Shown here one piece after another: positions 1 to 13,410 of a DNA stretch of 64,000 bases. The stretch is from Tubiluchus corallicola (Eukaryota > Animalia > Priapulida). Both the position numbers and the translations under genes were made by a program. The stretch lies in contig JAQGDQ010000049.1 of assembly GCA_030141605.1 (NCBI GenBank), forward strand, positions 620,001 to 684,000. Direction: 5' to 3'. The notes beneath the pieces were generated by a model. The model worked only from the letters and a program-made list of their open reading frames with translations. It was not told the DNA's origin and did not search any database. Position 1 is the stretch's first letter; each line of letters begins with the position of its first letter.

Positions 1-400
1 TTTATCAACATCAACGAAATTATCAGTCACAACATCATCAGTCCCAAATGGTAAACAATCGCGCTTGTAAACAATAAATAATATGCTGGTGTTGGTAAAA
101 TTTCATATAAATTCATGAAAGAACCGATTAGCGTCTGGTAATTTTAACAAAATACACTGTTTTTTATAGCTTTTAGACATGTTAAAAAACTTGTCTGCTA
201 CATCAGGACAAGCTTAAAGATCCACTTATTATTCCTGCTACTGCTATTATTAACTTAGTAAAAATCTTATAATTATTGCGGATAATTATGACAATTATAC
301 CAAAGTGTTGGGATGCTTTGTATGTTGTGTGATTTTCTTATGTTCATTGTATTGTATATTGTTTTGTATCGTTCGTCAATAAACTATATTTATAAAAACT
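1..400 (+). mobile_element. Possible degenerate 3' end of an L1/Tx1-type LINE
   Basis: A + frame near 85-130 reads NNMLVLVKFHINS*KN, resembling the xNxIILLAKFHIHKCK tail of L1/Tx1 ORF2. It is followed by a TGTAT-rich 3'UTR-like tract, AATAAA at about 378 and a short A-rich tail. Motif recall only. Confidence 0.3.
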
Positions 401-3239
401 ATATTTACATCATTTACTGTTTAATCTGTTCTTGACTTTTGTACAGTCACACCTTTCTAGTACTGATAAATCCCTCACTTGGCTTTTGACTACAGATGCT
501 TCTGATGTGGAATATTTTGGTTCCTGAAGTGCGGCAGCAGTCTTTCTCCAGGGCTAATCATTTATGGTTAGGTCTATAATGCTCAGATGACGTATGTCGT
601 CTCTTTGTTGAATGTCATCATTTCTGTGCAATTTTGTGGCAACTGTTATCGCCCTGAAAATGGTTTTGTAGACAGTAGAGGAAAACTTACCTGTTCTGGG
701 TTCATTTCAGTAGCTTCCTAACAGGTTACTATTACCTGTCAAACGATGTGATAAGTTGTTATGAGCTGAAATTCTGCTTGCAATATAACTTTTAAACAAC
801 TTTTTATGATCCACAGATTGAGAAAAAAATGAAACCAGAGGATACCGAGGAGGGCCGTTCAGAGGACCATTTGTCGCTCTGCATTGTACTCATATGTAAA
901 ACGCTCCTCTCTGTGCCTCTTTTTAAATGCGTTCCATATTTTTGTCAGTTCTTTTGCACTAATATCATTCAGCATTTTTTCGCTGGATTGTCAAATCACG
1001 AAGAAGTACAACCTATGAAAACCATCTTTCCTATTTCTGTCTGTCTCTCTTCTTGTCATGTTTTTGTGGTCTGTATTTTTTTCTATCCTCTCTTTCGGTT
1101 TGCTTTTTCTGTCCTATTTTATAGATATTTTGCACAACATAAAATTACTCAGTTCTTTTCTGCTTGTACAGAAAAATTGAGAACTATCTCTTCTCCCCAT
1201 TACGCATATATAGAAGAACTCGTCCACGTCAAATATTTTGCGAATGTTTATTATCAGTTGTCATCACGTTTTTTCGTGGTTCGGATGGCAAGGTCTGATT
1301 TTATGGGACAGTACCATACACCTGCTACAGTTTATTAGTTTAATTACTTGTAATGACATTAATAGGCGTTCTACACCGTTGGCTAATTGCTGTACTATCC
1401 CCATTTCTAGCAGTTTTATTATCAGGCCGTTCAACGTAAACAGCTTATCACACTCGAAAAAATGAAAATAACGCCCACGCCTGCGGCTTCAATATTGAAA
1501 CCATATAGCACGAACTGCGCAATAAGAATAAATAGAAGTACAAAAACGAAATCACAAACTTATTAAATTTGCAGTATCGGTATGGATTCGGCAAATAGCT
1601 CTTTTTGATGTGCAATGTTTTTATAATATCTGAGAAGCAGCGCACACAGAAGCTAAAGCCAGCCACGACTGGTCGAGTCACGCTTAGTAGAACGAGTAGC
1701 ATCAAGTATGGAGGTGGATAGCTAGATAAAAGCTTTACATTTGCCAATGATAATCTTACACGCAGAAAGTAAAAATACGAAGTAGGCCTACATAATGAGT
1801 ATGTAGCCTATCCTATGTGCAGGAGGCAGCATACTAGTCAAGCTTATTGAGACTGGCTGAATATTGGCAATAGTGTCAATAAGTGAGTTATATAGTGACA
1901 ATAAAAAAAACTACAAATAATTGAAAATACACGAAGAATTTTTTAAAACATTCAAATATTTACAAATAACTAACTGTGTTTGTGCTTTCATTGCTAAAAA
2001 GCAGGAAAGTCTTTCGTTCGCTTTTTCGGTCCTTCATTCATTTAGCAGACATATATAGCAGAGTAACTGGCAGAATGTCAATTCATTAATTCATTAATTT
2101 CACTTATCGTTTTGTCTTAAGGAAAAATGGGCCAATTTAAAAAAGTTACTATTTCTGTAATAATACCAACATGCACGTATTATACAATACAATAACACAG
2201 TACAGTACACATTACAGTACGTATTTTATAGTACAAACCAATTAGCCCATTTGAGACAGATTTGAGCTATCTTTTTATGGTGTAATCGCAAGGAAAGTTT
2301 ACAAAGCAGTAGACTAAGAAAGAGTTGAAACTTTTAACAAAATGACACACAAAACATGAAATTTTCAAAGGCAATATTTTTGCTGCTAAAGTGGCACACA
2401 CTAATTCTGAAGCCCTCAGCATATTTTTAATATCTAACATTAGTCTGTGTTTGCTTTTCTCCGCGCTAATAACTATGATAATAAGCTTTCGAATAAAGGT
2501 TGAGAGAGTTTAGTCTTAAGTGCTGCAAGCTAATTTAAAATATGCTGCACAGCTGCTATTAACAGCTGAATAATAAATCTACAGTACAAACCATTTGAAA
2601 TGCTCAAATCTTTCAAACGGTATAATCAGTTGTCATATCAGTGTGAATTCTTAAATTTTTAGCAATGGAGAACGATCTAATTCGTAAATGCGTAATTATA
2701 CCCATGTATTTTACTGTAAATAAGTTTTTAAGTTAGTTTTTTGTAGTATCTTTATTCTTGTGTTTGTGTATTTGTGTTTTACGGACTAGATTCCGAAATA
2801 AATGAATAATTCAATTCAATTCAGTTCTTAAATCAGACAAACTAATTATGATTTCAAGATAAATGATATACTATATTACGAAATTACATTTAATCTAGAT
2901 TAGGTTTGTACTTGAAGGTTTCCTCGACCAAATTCAAATTCGATTTACAATTTTTTAGATTCCTTTATTTACGGACAGATTCTGTCCAGTGGCTTAGAGC
3001 TTAACTGGACCGTGGACATGGTCCCTGGTGGATCTAGAGTTAACAGTGATTATGTTATTTGGCTGTACATTTCTACTCTAGAGCCATAATCTAGCGGTAG
3101 TGTATGGACCTACTCCTCTAGAATGTACAATACACCTTGGTTCAGCTATAAAATTTATATAATATTGCACATAGAGAAAAAATTAACAAAGAACTATATG
3201 CAAATGTCCAGTAATTAAAAATATGTATTTTTTCTCACC

Positions 3240-3552
3240 AAAACCAAGAAAACCTACAGGTTTTACTACCAAACCATAATTTTCTGAACAAAAAGTAGGT
3301 TTTACTAACAAACCCTAGCCCTAATATTTTGAGCGAAAATAGAGCTTTCTGAGCGAAATTATAGTTTAAGAGCAAAACCCGCGATTTCTGTAGCGAAATC
3401 ATGGGATTTAGTGGCAACTGAAACCAGGATTTTCTGAACGAAACTACGGTTTTCCCGAGCAAAAGAGAACCTCCAAACAAAACTATGGTTTAATAGCAAA
3501 ACCACAGTTTCAAAACAAAAGCCTTGGTTTTGTGGGTAAAACTATGGTATTG
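3240..3552. repeat. Degenerate ~19-20 bp minisatellite with palindromic core (AAAACyayGGTTTT-ctgagc)
   Basis: Recurrent units such as aaaccataattttctgaac, aaaccaggattttctgaac, aaactacggttttcccgagc, aaaactatggtttaatagc, aaaactatggtattgc. Confidence 0.7.
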
Positions 3553-4132
3553 CTTATTTCAAATTATTGGGCATTTGGCTTGCCATTATACCCGTCTGGC
3601 TGCAAAGTTAGTATTAAAGCCGCATATTGTGAGAGTGACATCAGTTCAGTTAACAATAGAAGAACTGTACACCTTAATGAAAATACGATATCAAACAAAA
3701 GTAAAGCAGAGACATCAAACGCAGGTGAAAAAGCGAAAGTAAATTAAGACACAAAAGAGTTTCCATCCAACATCTTGGTTTGTGGGCGCAATATGAAAAG
3801 TTCAATTAAAGCTGGAAAGCAGGTGAAGCGTGGCGGTGGGTAATAATCGCTTACCTTTTTGCGATCAGTGTTTATGGTTAAGATATGTACTAGCATATAT
3901 GAATATTTCACCTGAGTTCAGTTACCTTACTTTTCGGCCGAAATTGGTTGATGCACATTTGCTACCTTGAGCACATGCTAGATAGTTGTATATTTTTGCT
4001 AATCTTATGTTTTAACACAGCATCGTTCGACGCCGTTTTTAGTCTGTTTCGAGAATTCCCGCACAAGAGAGAAAACACTTTCTCGAGTGTCCTTTGAGAG
4101 GAAAAGACAAACCTGTTAATTTGGTAAATTTA

Positions 4133-4262
4133 AAATATGAGAGAGCTCTCCTTAAACTTGTCGTCTTTAACATAAAAAACGCAATGCCCTTTATAGTCTC
4201 AATGATTATGCATTACGTTATTTATATTGAAGTTTGGTAAATTCTTTCATAAACTGCCAATC
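4133..4262. repeat. Dispersed repeat fragment shared with 18156-18200 (+) and 18480-18570 (-)
   Basis: aaacgcaatgccctttatagtctc here matches aaacgtaatgccctttgtagtctc at 18156. gagagagctct, aatgcccttt and ataaactgccaa all occur reverse-complemented within 18480-18570. Confidence 0.6.
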
Positions 4263-4443
4263 CCGCTACAATAGTAACCAGCCAAAGCTATAACCCTGTC
4301 TCACTGAACGCAGAAAGGAGCTCTTTCAACAGAACACAGGTTGGCTTGAAATCACCTATTAACGTAGTAAAGTAAAAACAAAGTAAAAGTGGAAACAAAC
4401 GAGCAGCACTAGCCTCTGTCCACTAGGAAATAACAATACCATG

Positions 4444-4814
4444 CCGGCTCGGGATTATGGCATTTTCGGGCCTTACAGGCTAATGATATCATGAGACCCC
4501 TCAAACGGACCCAGCCTCTGACGCGACCACATTCGTCTTGAATACTTTTTAGTGACATTTACATGGCTTGAAGTAAGTTTATTACAAGTTCTTTAAATAT
4601 ATTAGAATAGATATCTTTTATTTGTCAATAAAATTATTCTTTAAGAAATACCAGAATTTGACTATTTATTCCAAGCCAAACTAGCACATGTTTCTACACA
4701 TACGTGGTGAAAAAATAGATTTTTAACCAAGTCCTGCCAAAGTTTTAGGGCTACCTCCAAGCTTGATGGGCCCTAGGCTGCAGCCTACACTAGCCTATAG
4801 GATAATCCAGCCCT
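4444..4814 (+). mobile_element. hAT-like MITE, related to 47929-48197
   Basis: 5' gggattatggcattttcgggccttacaggc and 3' gggccctaggctgcagccta...ataatccagccct match the termini of the 47929 element. Terminal ggattat/ataatcc is inverted. No TSD visible. Confidence 0.55.
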
Positions 4815-5927
4815 CATCACTCTTCCCTCACATTACATACACGCACATACATTACTAGTTTATTAAGTTTAAGTGTATTGCCAAAAAAACATTCACACTA
4901 CTGTAAGTTGTCCTAGTTGGCATGTTTTTATGGATGACTTGCTGGAGTAAAGACTGAAACTGGGACGCCTGGCACTGACTAATTTCCGCTCCATTTTGCA
5001 CCTCAATAAAATTCAAAATCTAGTATTTCTGACGCAGTTTTTAATATTGCCATGGGCCACATTGACGGAAAGAAAACAAACAAAACTGAACTGATCCAAA
5101 CTACACAGTAAGAAGTTCGCCCACGGTCTCATGATTAATTCAACTTAATGCTACCCAACTTAATGAGTATCGGACGCCAGCGCTGGAAAACTTCATCAAT
5201 TATTGTTTGTGTAAGTGGATCATGGTTTTTATACAATGTGACAAATACTGGTCGGATATTTCACATTAACTCCACGATATATGGCGCAAATTGGACAAAA
5301 ATTCTCTTTAATGGTCGTTGAAGATTAGGTCCACATTAATTTTATGAACCACCTTGAAGTAGGACAAACTTCACTGTTTATCAAATTAGAATGTTTACGA
5401 ATCTCTTACGAGCAATCTCGAAGAGGGTCATCTAGCATTAATCGCTAGACTATTACTTACAAAATACTAATTTTAAATACTGTGATCAGTCATAATGTGT
5501 TGTAAATCTACTTAAAACAAGTAAAGTTTATATATTGTTGGTTATTTAATAAAAAAAAATATAACAAAATAATTAGTTATCTAATTCAAAAGTAGTGCCA
5601 CTGTATAAATCAGAAAGTTTGTACAAAAAATTTTCGTTTGTTTAATAAGTTGTACATACCTTCTGAGTTCAAACAATTATATTACGCCTGAATTAAATAA
5701 CCAGTTTTTTTGCTTTGCTCAGAACAGGTCCTTTTCACGGGTGGTAACTTTAAAAACTTGTTTGACGGAAATTTTTAATATGTGGCGAAATAACCACTGT
5801 AGCGTATATGAGAAGTGACGAAGTCACGAAACACATTTATACGTTTATGCGACGCATTACAGGTTGTACCTAGACAAAACGTCGCTAATGTACACACAAT
5901 ACACGCATATAAGGACCTGTAGTGTGG

Positions 5928-6132
5928 TCTCCTCTCTCTTTCTTTTCTCCCTTCTCTCTTTCTCTCTCTCTCTCTTTGTCTCTCTCTCTCTCCTATCTCT
6001 CCTCGTTTCTCTCTCTCTTCTCTTATTCTCTCTATCACGCATCTCTCTTATTCTTTCTTCTCACTCTCGCTCTCTTGTACTCTATTTCTCGCTCTGTGTA
6101 TGTCTCTATCTGTCTGACTTGCTATCTATTCA

Positions 6133-6226
<94 letters not shown>
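5928..6226. repeat. Polypyrimidine tract ending in a perfect (TC)n microsatellite (about 6137-6226)
   Basis: Direct reading. Confidence 0.95.
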
Positions 6227-6229
<3 letters not shown>

Positions 6230-9200
6230 AAAAATTAGTATTATTGGCTGCAGGTGCTACTGCGAGCGCTAATTCCCACGTGATCAGAGAGCACCTCCTC
6301 GATAGTTAACGATGCAATGTATTAAGTGAAAGTTGTGTACGGAAGGGCTTTCCTATCACAGCGCCATCTAACCTACATATTAAGCTGGCTTCATTAAGAA
6401 GAGTACTGCATAGGCAGCGCGGTGCTGACGGGATTCATTGCTTCTCGCGCAGTTCTCTGCCATTCTCTGCCTCTTTACACCTGAGAGATTATAAGATTTG
6501 ATGAACCCTTCAGGTGAGAAACGCAAAGATACTTTATTCAAACACCTCTAGACATCCAATAATAAAACTATAATCACCCTATTAAAAACTTGAAAACTAA
6601 GGTTCTTATAAATTGTTGGCGTAGCGCTTGTCATAAAAAAAGACCACGTTGTCAACCGGGCGTCACTCCTGATGTGAAATTTCATGTGCTCTGTGAATGG
6701 AACTCGATCAAAGAAATCACCAGTTTTGACGTGATAGTTTTCTTCTTCTTCTTACTAAATGATTCATCTGGTGCGCTCTCGATGAAACAAGAGATTAGAC
6801 CTTCTCCTCCTTCTGCAATTTACATTGATGAAGCAGACGATAGGAGACGTTCATTTACTAGACGGAAAATAAGCCATCATTACGACTAATAAGGTAGGCA
6901 AACTAGAGTTTATCTATCATTACATGCTAGAGGAGACAATTCAGTCTCCAACATGAATGAGCTTCTTATTGATTCACAGCAGATTAGCTCACACTGGGCA
7001 CATCTTTTACACTATTTAAGTTTTTAACTATATTGAAAATTTTGTTAAAAATGGCTATGATATATTGGTCAAGGTTATTTCAGGGATAGGGTAAATAAAA
7101 ATAATTTAAAACCATGAAAAAGCTTGCTCAAAACATAAAAAATGAAGTCTATATTTGATTGAAACGCATTTTTGCAATAAAACGTGAAAAAAATGAAGAA
7201 GAGAAAAAGAGAACTTTGATCGGAAGTAAAGAACAAAGAAAAGGAGTTCACAGCTAAAATTCACAGAGCTTCACAAATAAAATGTTCGAAAAACGGCAAA
7301 TAAAAAAAATAAAAAAGAGTTTGTAAAGAAACAAAATGAAAATTGAAAGCGGAAACGGCAACACGGTGAGCAAAACGGAAAGTTTTTGGTTGATTGAATT
7401 GATTCGAGTGAAATTCATTAATTCTGTTCAAGTGTGAAATATGTAAAATGTATAAAATGGAAACGATAACACACGAAGAGCGATGTTATTCTGGTATGAA
7501 AATGTTCAGTTCTGTTAAGTTTAAAATGTAGATATTGAACTCTAGACAAAACGTTCCTGAAGAGGTTGATATCAGTTTTTTCCGGTAGCAACTTTTTTGC
7601 TCATCAGGTCCAAAGTACTTGAAAAAGTAACCGTGGGGGCGTGTGTAAGTTCCTTCTTCCTAAGCGATTCTCTATAACACATTCAAAAGCTACATGTATA
7701 ATCATAGGGTAGCAGTTACTTTCGTACTTATACAGCACAATAGGAGTCCAAAAACGGCGAAAACGTTTTGAACTTCTTTGTGCTTAAACACATAATAATC
7801 TGTGTAACAATAATTATTATATGGAGCGTGTAACCAAAACACATATACCAGATACTGCTGAGCATTAATTGATAGCTTATTCTTGGTATATTCTTTTCAT
7901 TTTGACTATTAACAATGCTCATTGCCATACAGAAAAAAAGTACGAGGTACGAAGTCTGTCTCGTATTAGCAGTCATAATCATACGACATCTTTAACTACG
8001 CGCCATGAACTAGAATGGGTTAGACTATAGCTGACTTATATCATTAACTATATAATTAACTTTTGCAATCATCCTATTGTTAAATAATTGATCAATTTGC
8101 AACAGCTCGTATCCAATTAATTTATAGCACCTTGCCGGGATTACTGTTACTGATACTCAAGATACTGAAGAAGCACTCAAATGGGGCGCCGTTTCACTTT
8201 TTTATTTTCCCTCACGTCCAGAATGAAAAAATAATTTCATAATGTAAATGTGCGAAACAATTCTTTTTATTAACTTTGACTAAACGAAAAAAAGGAAAAC
8301 TTAGTGCATGTGCAGAATTACAGCCTAAAACGAAAAAAACGGGCTAAGAGCAGGCTACTAGTAGCACCAGCCAAATGACAATGACCTGTAATAACAGCAA
8401 ATCTCTGCTACAAGTTTGACTACATTTTATTTATTTAACCTCAAGATATACGAAGTCTACCATGTTTTTCTTGTGGCCTTGACCTCTGCACGACCTTTTA
8501 ACCACCTCGAAACTAAACTAAACTAAACTAAAGCAGTGTATGCCTCAGCCAGACAGCTACGTTTCATATATTATCTGCTGCAGACTGACATGCAAATGGA
8601 CGCTCAAGCTGGTACGTGATTTTCACAGTTCACTTGACTTCTGAAACACATCAGTACTAGCTGATGTAGGAAGGTAGCCTCCCTGGCAAATGAGGTACTT
8701 CAATGGTGAATTTGCGAGATATGTTGTGGTCTGACTTTTCAGTAAAAATTACTAAATCGCTACTAATTGTTAACCTTTCTTTCGTTCTCAGAAGTACTAT
8801 TAACGCCCTTGGAAAGATAAAAATTTTACCAAGTTTGGTTATGTTGGAACTTGCGTGACTGTAACAAACCGTTTCTTTAAACTGGCCGGCTACATGTTTT
8901 AACGTAAACGTGTTTTTAGTTTTACGTTTGCATTGTGAACAACTTTTAGCAAAAAATAAAATTAAATGGCTTGTAAGTTATCTATTGAGGAATTTTAATT
9001 TCAAATTCATTCTCTCACATCACTTTTGGCGCACGATCAACTAGCTCAGCGTCTGAAACATGCTTGCCGATTCAAGTATTTGTACAACGATGTACTGCAA
9101 GCTGTGAGATAATATGTAAAACGAAACGCTATTAATACTCACACGAAGTACGGTTCGAAATTCTCCAAAATTAATTTTTTTTTACAAAATACGCTCGAAA

Positions 9201-9599
9201 ACAAGCAGGCAGGAAGTCATTCGGGCTATAGGGTTGCCACCTTACAGAAAAGAAAATAAGCAAGGATAAATGACAAGCAGTAACCAAACGCAAGATGCTT
9301 ATAATCCGGGCCCCACGGCCTTGAGCTCAGTCCAGCTAAAATACACCAGAGTTTGAGCGCATGAGTTTATAGTAAGTGGTGAAGTATGTGTTACTGGCCT
9401 GAAACCACGGGTAATTAAAAGATCTGGTTCGATTGACAATGAAAACCTGAATGAAAATACGCAAAAACTGGTGTATCTCATTATCCCTAATAAACTACTA
9501 CCCGTCTAAAAATTTAATAACTGAAAACTGGTATACGAAGTCGGACTGAAAACGTAAAAGTTCTGCAATAACATTACAGTTTTATAATTGGTAAGAATG

Positions 9600-9812
9600 A
9601 CTGGGCTGCCGAGTGGATTAGATTTCGGACTGCAACCACGCGGTCTTGAGTTCGAGACTAGTGGCTGCCAACGCCAGAGCATATACTCTACATGTTATTT
9701 GTTATTTGTGTTGCGTTCTTAGCTGTGTTGTTGTAAGTCAATAAATAGCCGTTAGCGCTAATGCTGTCTGATTAACCCACGACAGTAAATAAATCCTGTC
9801 TTTTGCCTTTTA
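9600..9812 (+). mobile_element. tRNA-derived SINE, copy 1
   Basis: A-box-like TGCCGAGTGG, anticodon-arm-like GGACTGCAACC and B-box GAGTTCGAGAC. Body and tail (aaataaatcctgtcttttgccttt) are shared with the copies at 58830-58995 (-) and 59051-59259 (+). Confidence 0.8.
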
Positions 9813-10496
9813 ACGAAAGTCAACCAAGTCAAATGGAATTTAATTATTCATTAATTGTGAAATTAGACCAGTTTGATCCAGTAGGGAGTTGTATGCTCAT
9901 TGTTGACGATGTGTCGTAAATAACCAGTCTGCTTTGGAAACTACACTTCTGCGCTTCCCATAGTCAATCGCCTTCTCTGATTATAACCGCTGATTTATTT
10001 ATGTGACTTGGTCCAAATGAGATTATCTTAGCTCTGGCATGGTAGGCTAGTCCATTTCTTTTCCACTTGCCTTTAGTTTATGTGGTTAGCTGTAGAGCTT
10101 CCGAGCCACTAATGCGTCTAAATCGTTCAGCTTTTGTAGTTTGCTGGTTTATGGGTTACGCTGTATTATTTATAGTTTCATGTGATAAATAGAAAATCGA
10201 TTTAAATTCTCCATTTCCACGGAGAGTTTCTATTTTGTAATGAGACGTTTACAACTGAGGAGTCATTTGCAGATTTTGATAACAGCAGCATTTTTTTTCT
10301 GCAGTTATGTACTCTGCAAATTAAGATTAGGAAGCTAGCGCAGTGCTTTCTTAATGTAATTGGTTGTAGCCAGGCCGGTATCTAGCTAACTATCAAGGAT
10401 ACTTCTGTACTACGAGAGGGAGTATTTTTAAAAATGAAACAGCATGCTTAAAACCAGCTTTCCTGACGGTCCGATATCAATTCACAAACTGTCACC

Positions 10497-10780
10497 AGTT
10501 GGTTGATCGTTTAGGTGGTTGATTGGTTTGTTTATTTATTTATTTGTTTGTTAGTTGGTTGGTTGTGCGTTTTATTGGTTGGTTAGTTAGCTAGTTGATT
10601 AGTTGGTTGGTTGTGCGTTTTATTGGTTGGTTAGTTAGTTAGTTGATTGGTTGGTTGGTTAATTGGTTTGTTGTTTAGGTTCTTGGTTCCTTGGTTGGTT
10701 CATTGCTTGTCTAGTAGGTTGCTCAATTGGTTTCTCGGTTCGTTTATTTGCTGGCTGGTTGGTTGATTAATAGGTTAGTT
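10497..10780. repeat. Degenerate (TTGG/TTAG)n tract with an internal ~48-bp tandem duplication
   Basis: ttagttggttggttgtgcgttttattggttggttagttag occurs twice (about 10551 and about 10599). Confidence 0.85.
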
Positions 10781-13185
10781 TTTTCTCTGTTACCTTTCTT
10801 GATTTACTGCCATTCTTTGCTGCTATTTTCTTTGATAATGAGATAGGTTCCGGTCCGGCCGTTATCATCTACATTGAGTAGGCCTTGGAGCTCAGCTTGT
10901 AGAGAATAAAACGGGGGCTTTCTTCTTAAATTGTACATTCTGAAGACCCGTATACTTAACCCTTTCCCTTTGTTAACTAAAAGGAAAACAATTATTACTC
11001 TTACTAATTCTAGGTATTACAAAATAAAGCAAGAAATAAAAAAAGTTTGCGACTGAGTAAAACGTGCTACGATGTGTCAATGCTGCTATCTATTAGCATG
11101 CTATGCAAATCACCAAAAGAGAAGAATCTTTAAAGGGTTTGAAAGCTGCTCCTCTTACAGCTTGCCTGACTGATTCTGATGCAGTTTCAATCATGTAACT
11201 AGGCAGGTCTATTTTCAAGCGCGTTTAATATTAGATTTTTCATAACGCCGGACTCGCAAGGAAAATCAAGCTTTAATTTACATGCAATACGTGTTTGCGT
11301 CAAGATATGAGATGATGCAGATTTCAATTTTCTTTAGAAGATTTTAATAATATCCGCGAGCCCACTCAGACGTGGTTTTTATTCCTTGTAACGTGTTGAA
11401 CAGGCTATACAGGTAAAAAATGTTAATAATCCAGCACAGGTAAGTTTGTTTTAGTAGCAAAATTATCAAAAAAAAGTGTTTATGTTAGTTTTAAATATGA
11501 AAATGTGACTCAGTCTTAAAAACATGTGATAGATATGTATCAATAATCAATCAAAAACTTTTCTCGTTTTTCATTAAATTTCGAACACTAGGAAAACAAC
11601 AATAAGAACAAATAAATAACAATTAATTGAAGGAATTTGTTTAGTTTTGGCTTCATGTTGTTATGGTCAGAATCTCATACAACAAGCATTAAAATTTAGT
11701 TTTGCACTTTGGAATAACTGAGAAATTAGTCAAGTTTTGTTCCAGCTCCTACATTCTCTCAACTGAATCTCAAGTCCGAATATTAATATTCCTCAAATCT
11801 CTGTTGTAAATTATCGAGTGGTGTGACCCTCACAGACGTTTTCACAACTGCAACATTAGAGATAACCAACGACAATAATTAATAATAATTGAATATTTAT
11901 AATGTATTTTACATTGATGATCAAATGCATCTTACAAATAAAAGATAAACAAATTTATTAAAAAAATTTGAGATATTTAACTATCATAAGATATTTAAGA
12001 CAATGGCACATTGATTGATTAAAAGTGCATTCAATACGACAAAAAAAGGAAAAATAATAATAATAACGATGACGAAGTCACTGACGAAATAAGTCGGACT
12101 TGTTTTGCTTGTACAACGTACATATTAAATCACAAATAACAAAGCTTTTTGTAGTTTTTACATGCATGCTTATTAGTTTGGTATATAACGGCACTAGGAA
12201 TAGGTCATTTAATCCAAGTTGATTAGTTCCAGGATACAGGTCGACGCGTAATTCAGTAAAACTCGAGGGTCAACAGACTGGTGAGGTAAAATTTTGCTGC
12301 TCGTTTCCACCTATTATTGATTTTATTTATGGATTTTAAAAGCTATATAACACATCCTAAACTGCTGGTAGTAAAAACCAGACATTGGTTGACCCCAAAC
12401 AAGACACATGGCATTTTGTATATTTCTGTTTTAGGGGCAATGAAGTTCGATTAGTTTCCAAATTCCACACTAGGAGAGAACTTTCTACGAGTTAATTTAC
12501 TGCTCAAGCTTTAGTAATAGGGACCCTAGCTAGAGGAACGAAATCCTATCCTTCGTACAAGTGTGTTTTGTGTAGAGTTTCTCTAAAAACGCCAAGCGCC
12601 CGTCAACCGCCAACTGAGTATCACATTTGTAACGCAAAACAAATTCTGATGGCATTTTTGTCACGTTTTGCTTCTTGCTGACGACCTGGAATCACACCAA
12701 GGGTTAACTTTATGTTTACACGTAGTAGGCCTAATGTTCACATGCTGAGTGAAACTGCTAGGTTTTCAGGCATGTTTAGAAAGCCTTTTTATCTCAGTAA
12801 GGCTTTGTGTGATTTTGCGCTCGAAAATCGTTTTCTGTGGCTTTGCCGCTGCAAAGCTAAAGAAAACTGAGAAGTTTTTTCTTGCAAGTTTTTTGATGTT
12901 TGTCCAAAGAACGCAGCACAATTAAAAAACGTATGCGCCGCAAGTTTAAACAGACAAAGATGGCACGTCATTGAATAACTCACGCTATTGTTGTTGTTCA
13001 TAATGCTGAACATCAGCTGTTCGTTAATATTGTCAAAATTATTAGTCCGCTATGTTGAACGTCAAAGTGTCAAATTAAATTATGATGGCGTAATTTACAA
13101 ATAAAGCACTTCAGTGTCAAGAAAACCTTGTACGAGCTGTAACATCAAACTTATCAGATTTTGTATTAACCTTTGTGTGTGTAGC

Positions 13186-13410
13186 ATTACCCGCGCCGAG
13201 AGAAGTTGGTGCATGGAGTACAGGATCTTAGGTGTGCTGTGTGTCTCTCTGTGTGTATGTCTGTGTGTTTGTCTGTCTGCCTGTCTGTCCGGCTGTGTTT
13301 CTGTCTGTCTGTCTTTCTGTCTGTCTGTCTGTCTGCACAATAAAATCAAAACGTTTGAAGCTATATTCACCAAACTTGATACAGGGATAGAGGGACTGGG
13401 AAACCGTTGA
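13186..13410 (+). mobile_element. Helentron-associated (DINE-1/HINE-like) non-autonomous element
   Basis: 5' TTACCCGCGCCGA, an internal (GTCT/GTGT)n microsatellite, then gcacaataaaatcaaaacg...ttcaccaaacttgatacaggg. This layout is typical of HINE/DINE-1-like elements. Confidence 0.6.

Noticed and set aside
829-1338. 169-aa + ORF
   Set aside because: F/C/S/L-biased composition from a pyrimidine-rich strand; no recognisable domain.
1448-1747. Signal-peptide-like ORF (MLLVLLSVTRPVVAG)
   Set aside because: TTG start, no supporting splice structure or family motif; short hydrophobic runs are common by chance.
3240-3552. CRISPR-like array
   Set aside because: Units are degenerate and contiguous, with no unique spacers, no cas genes and a eukaryotic context.
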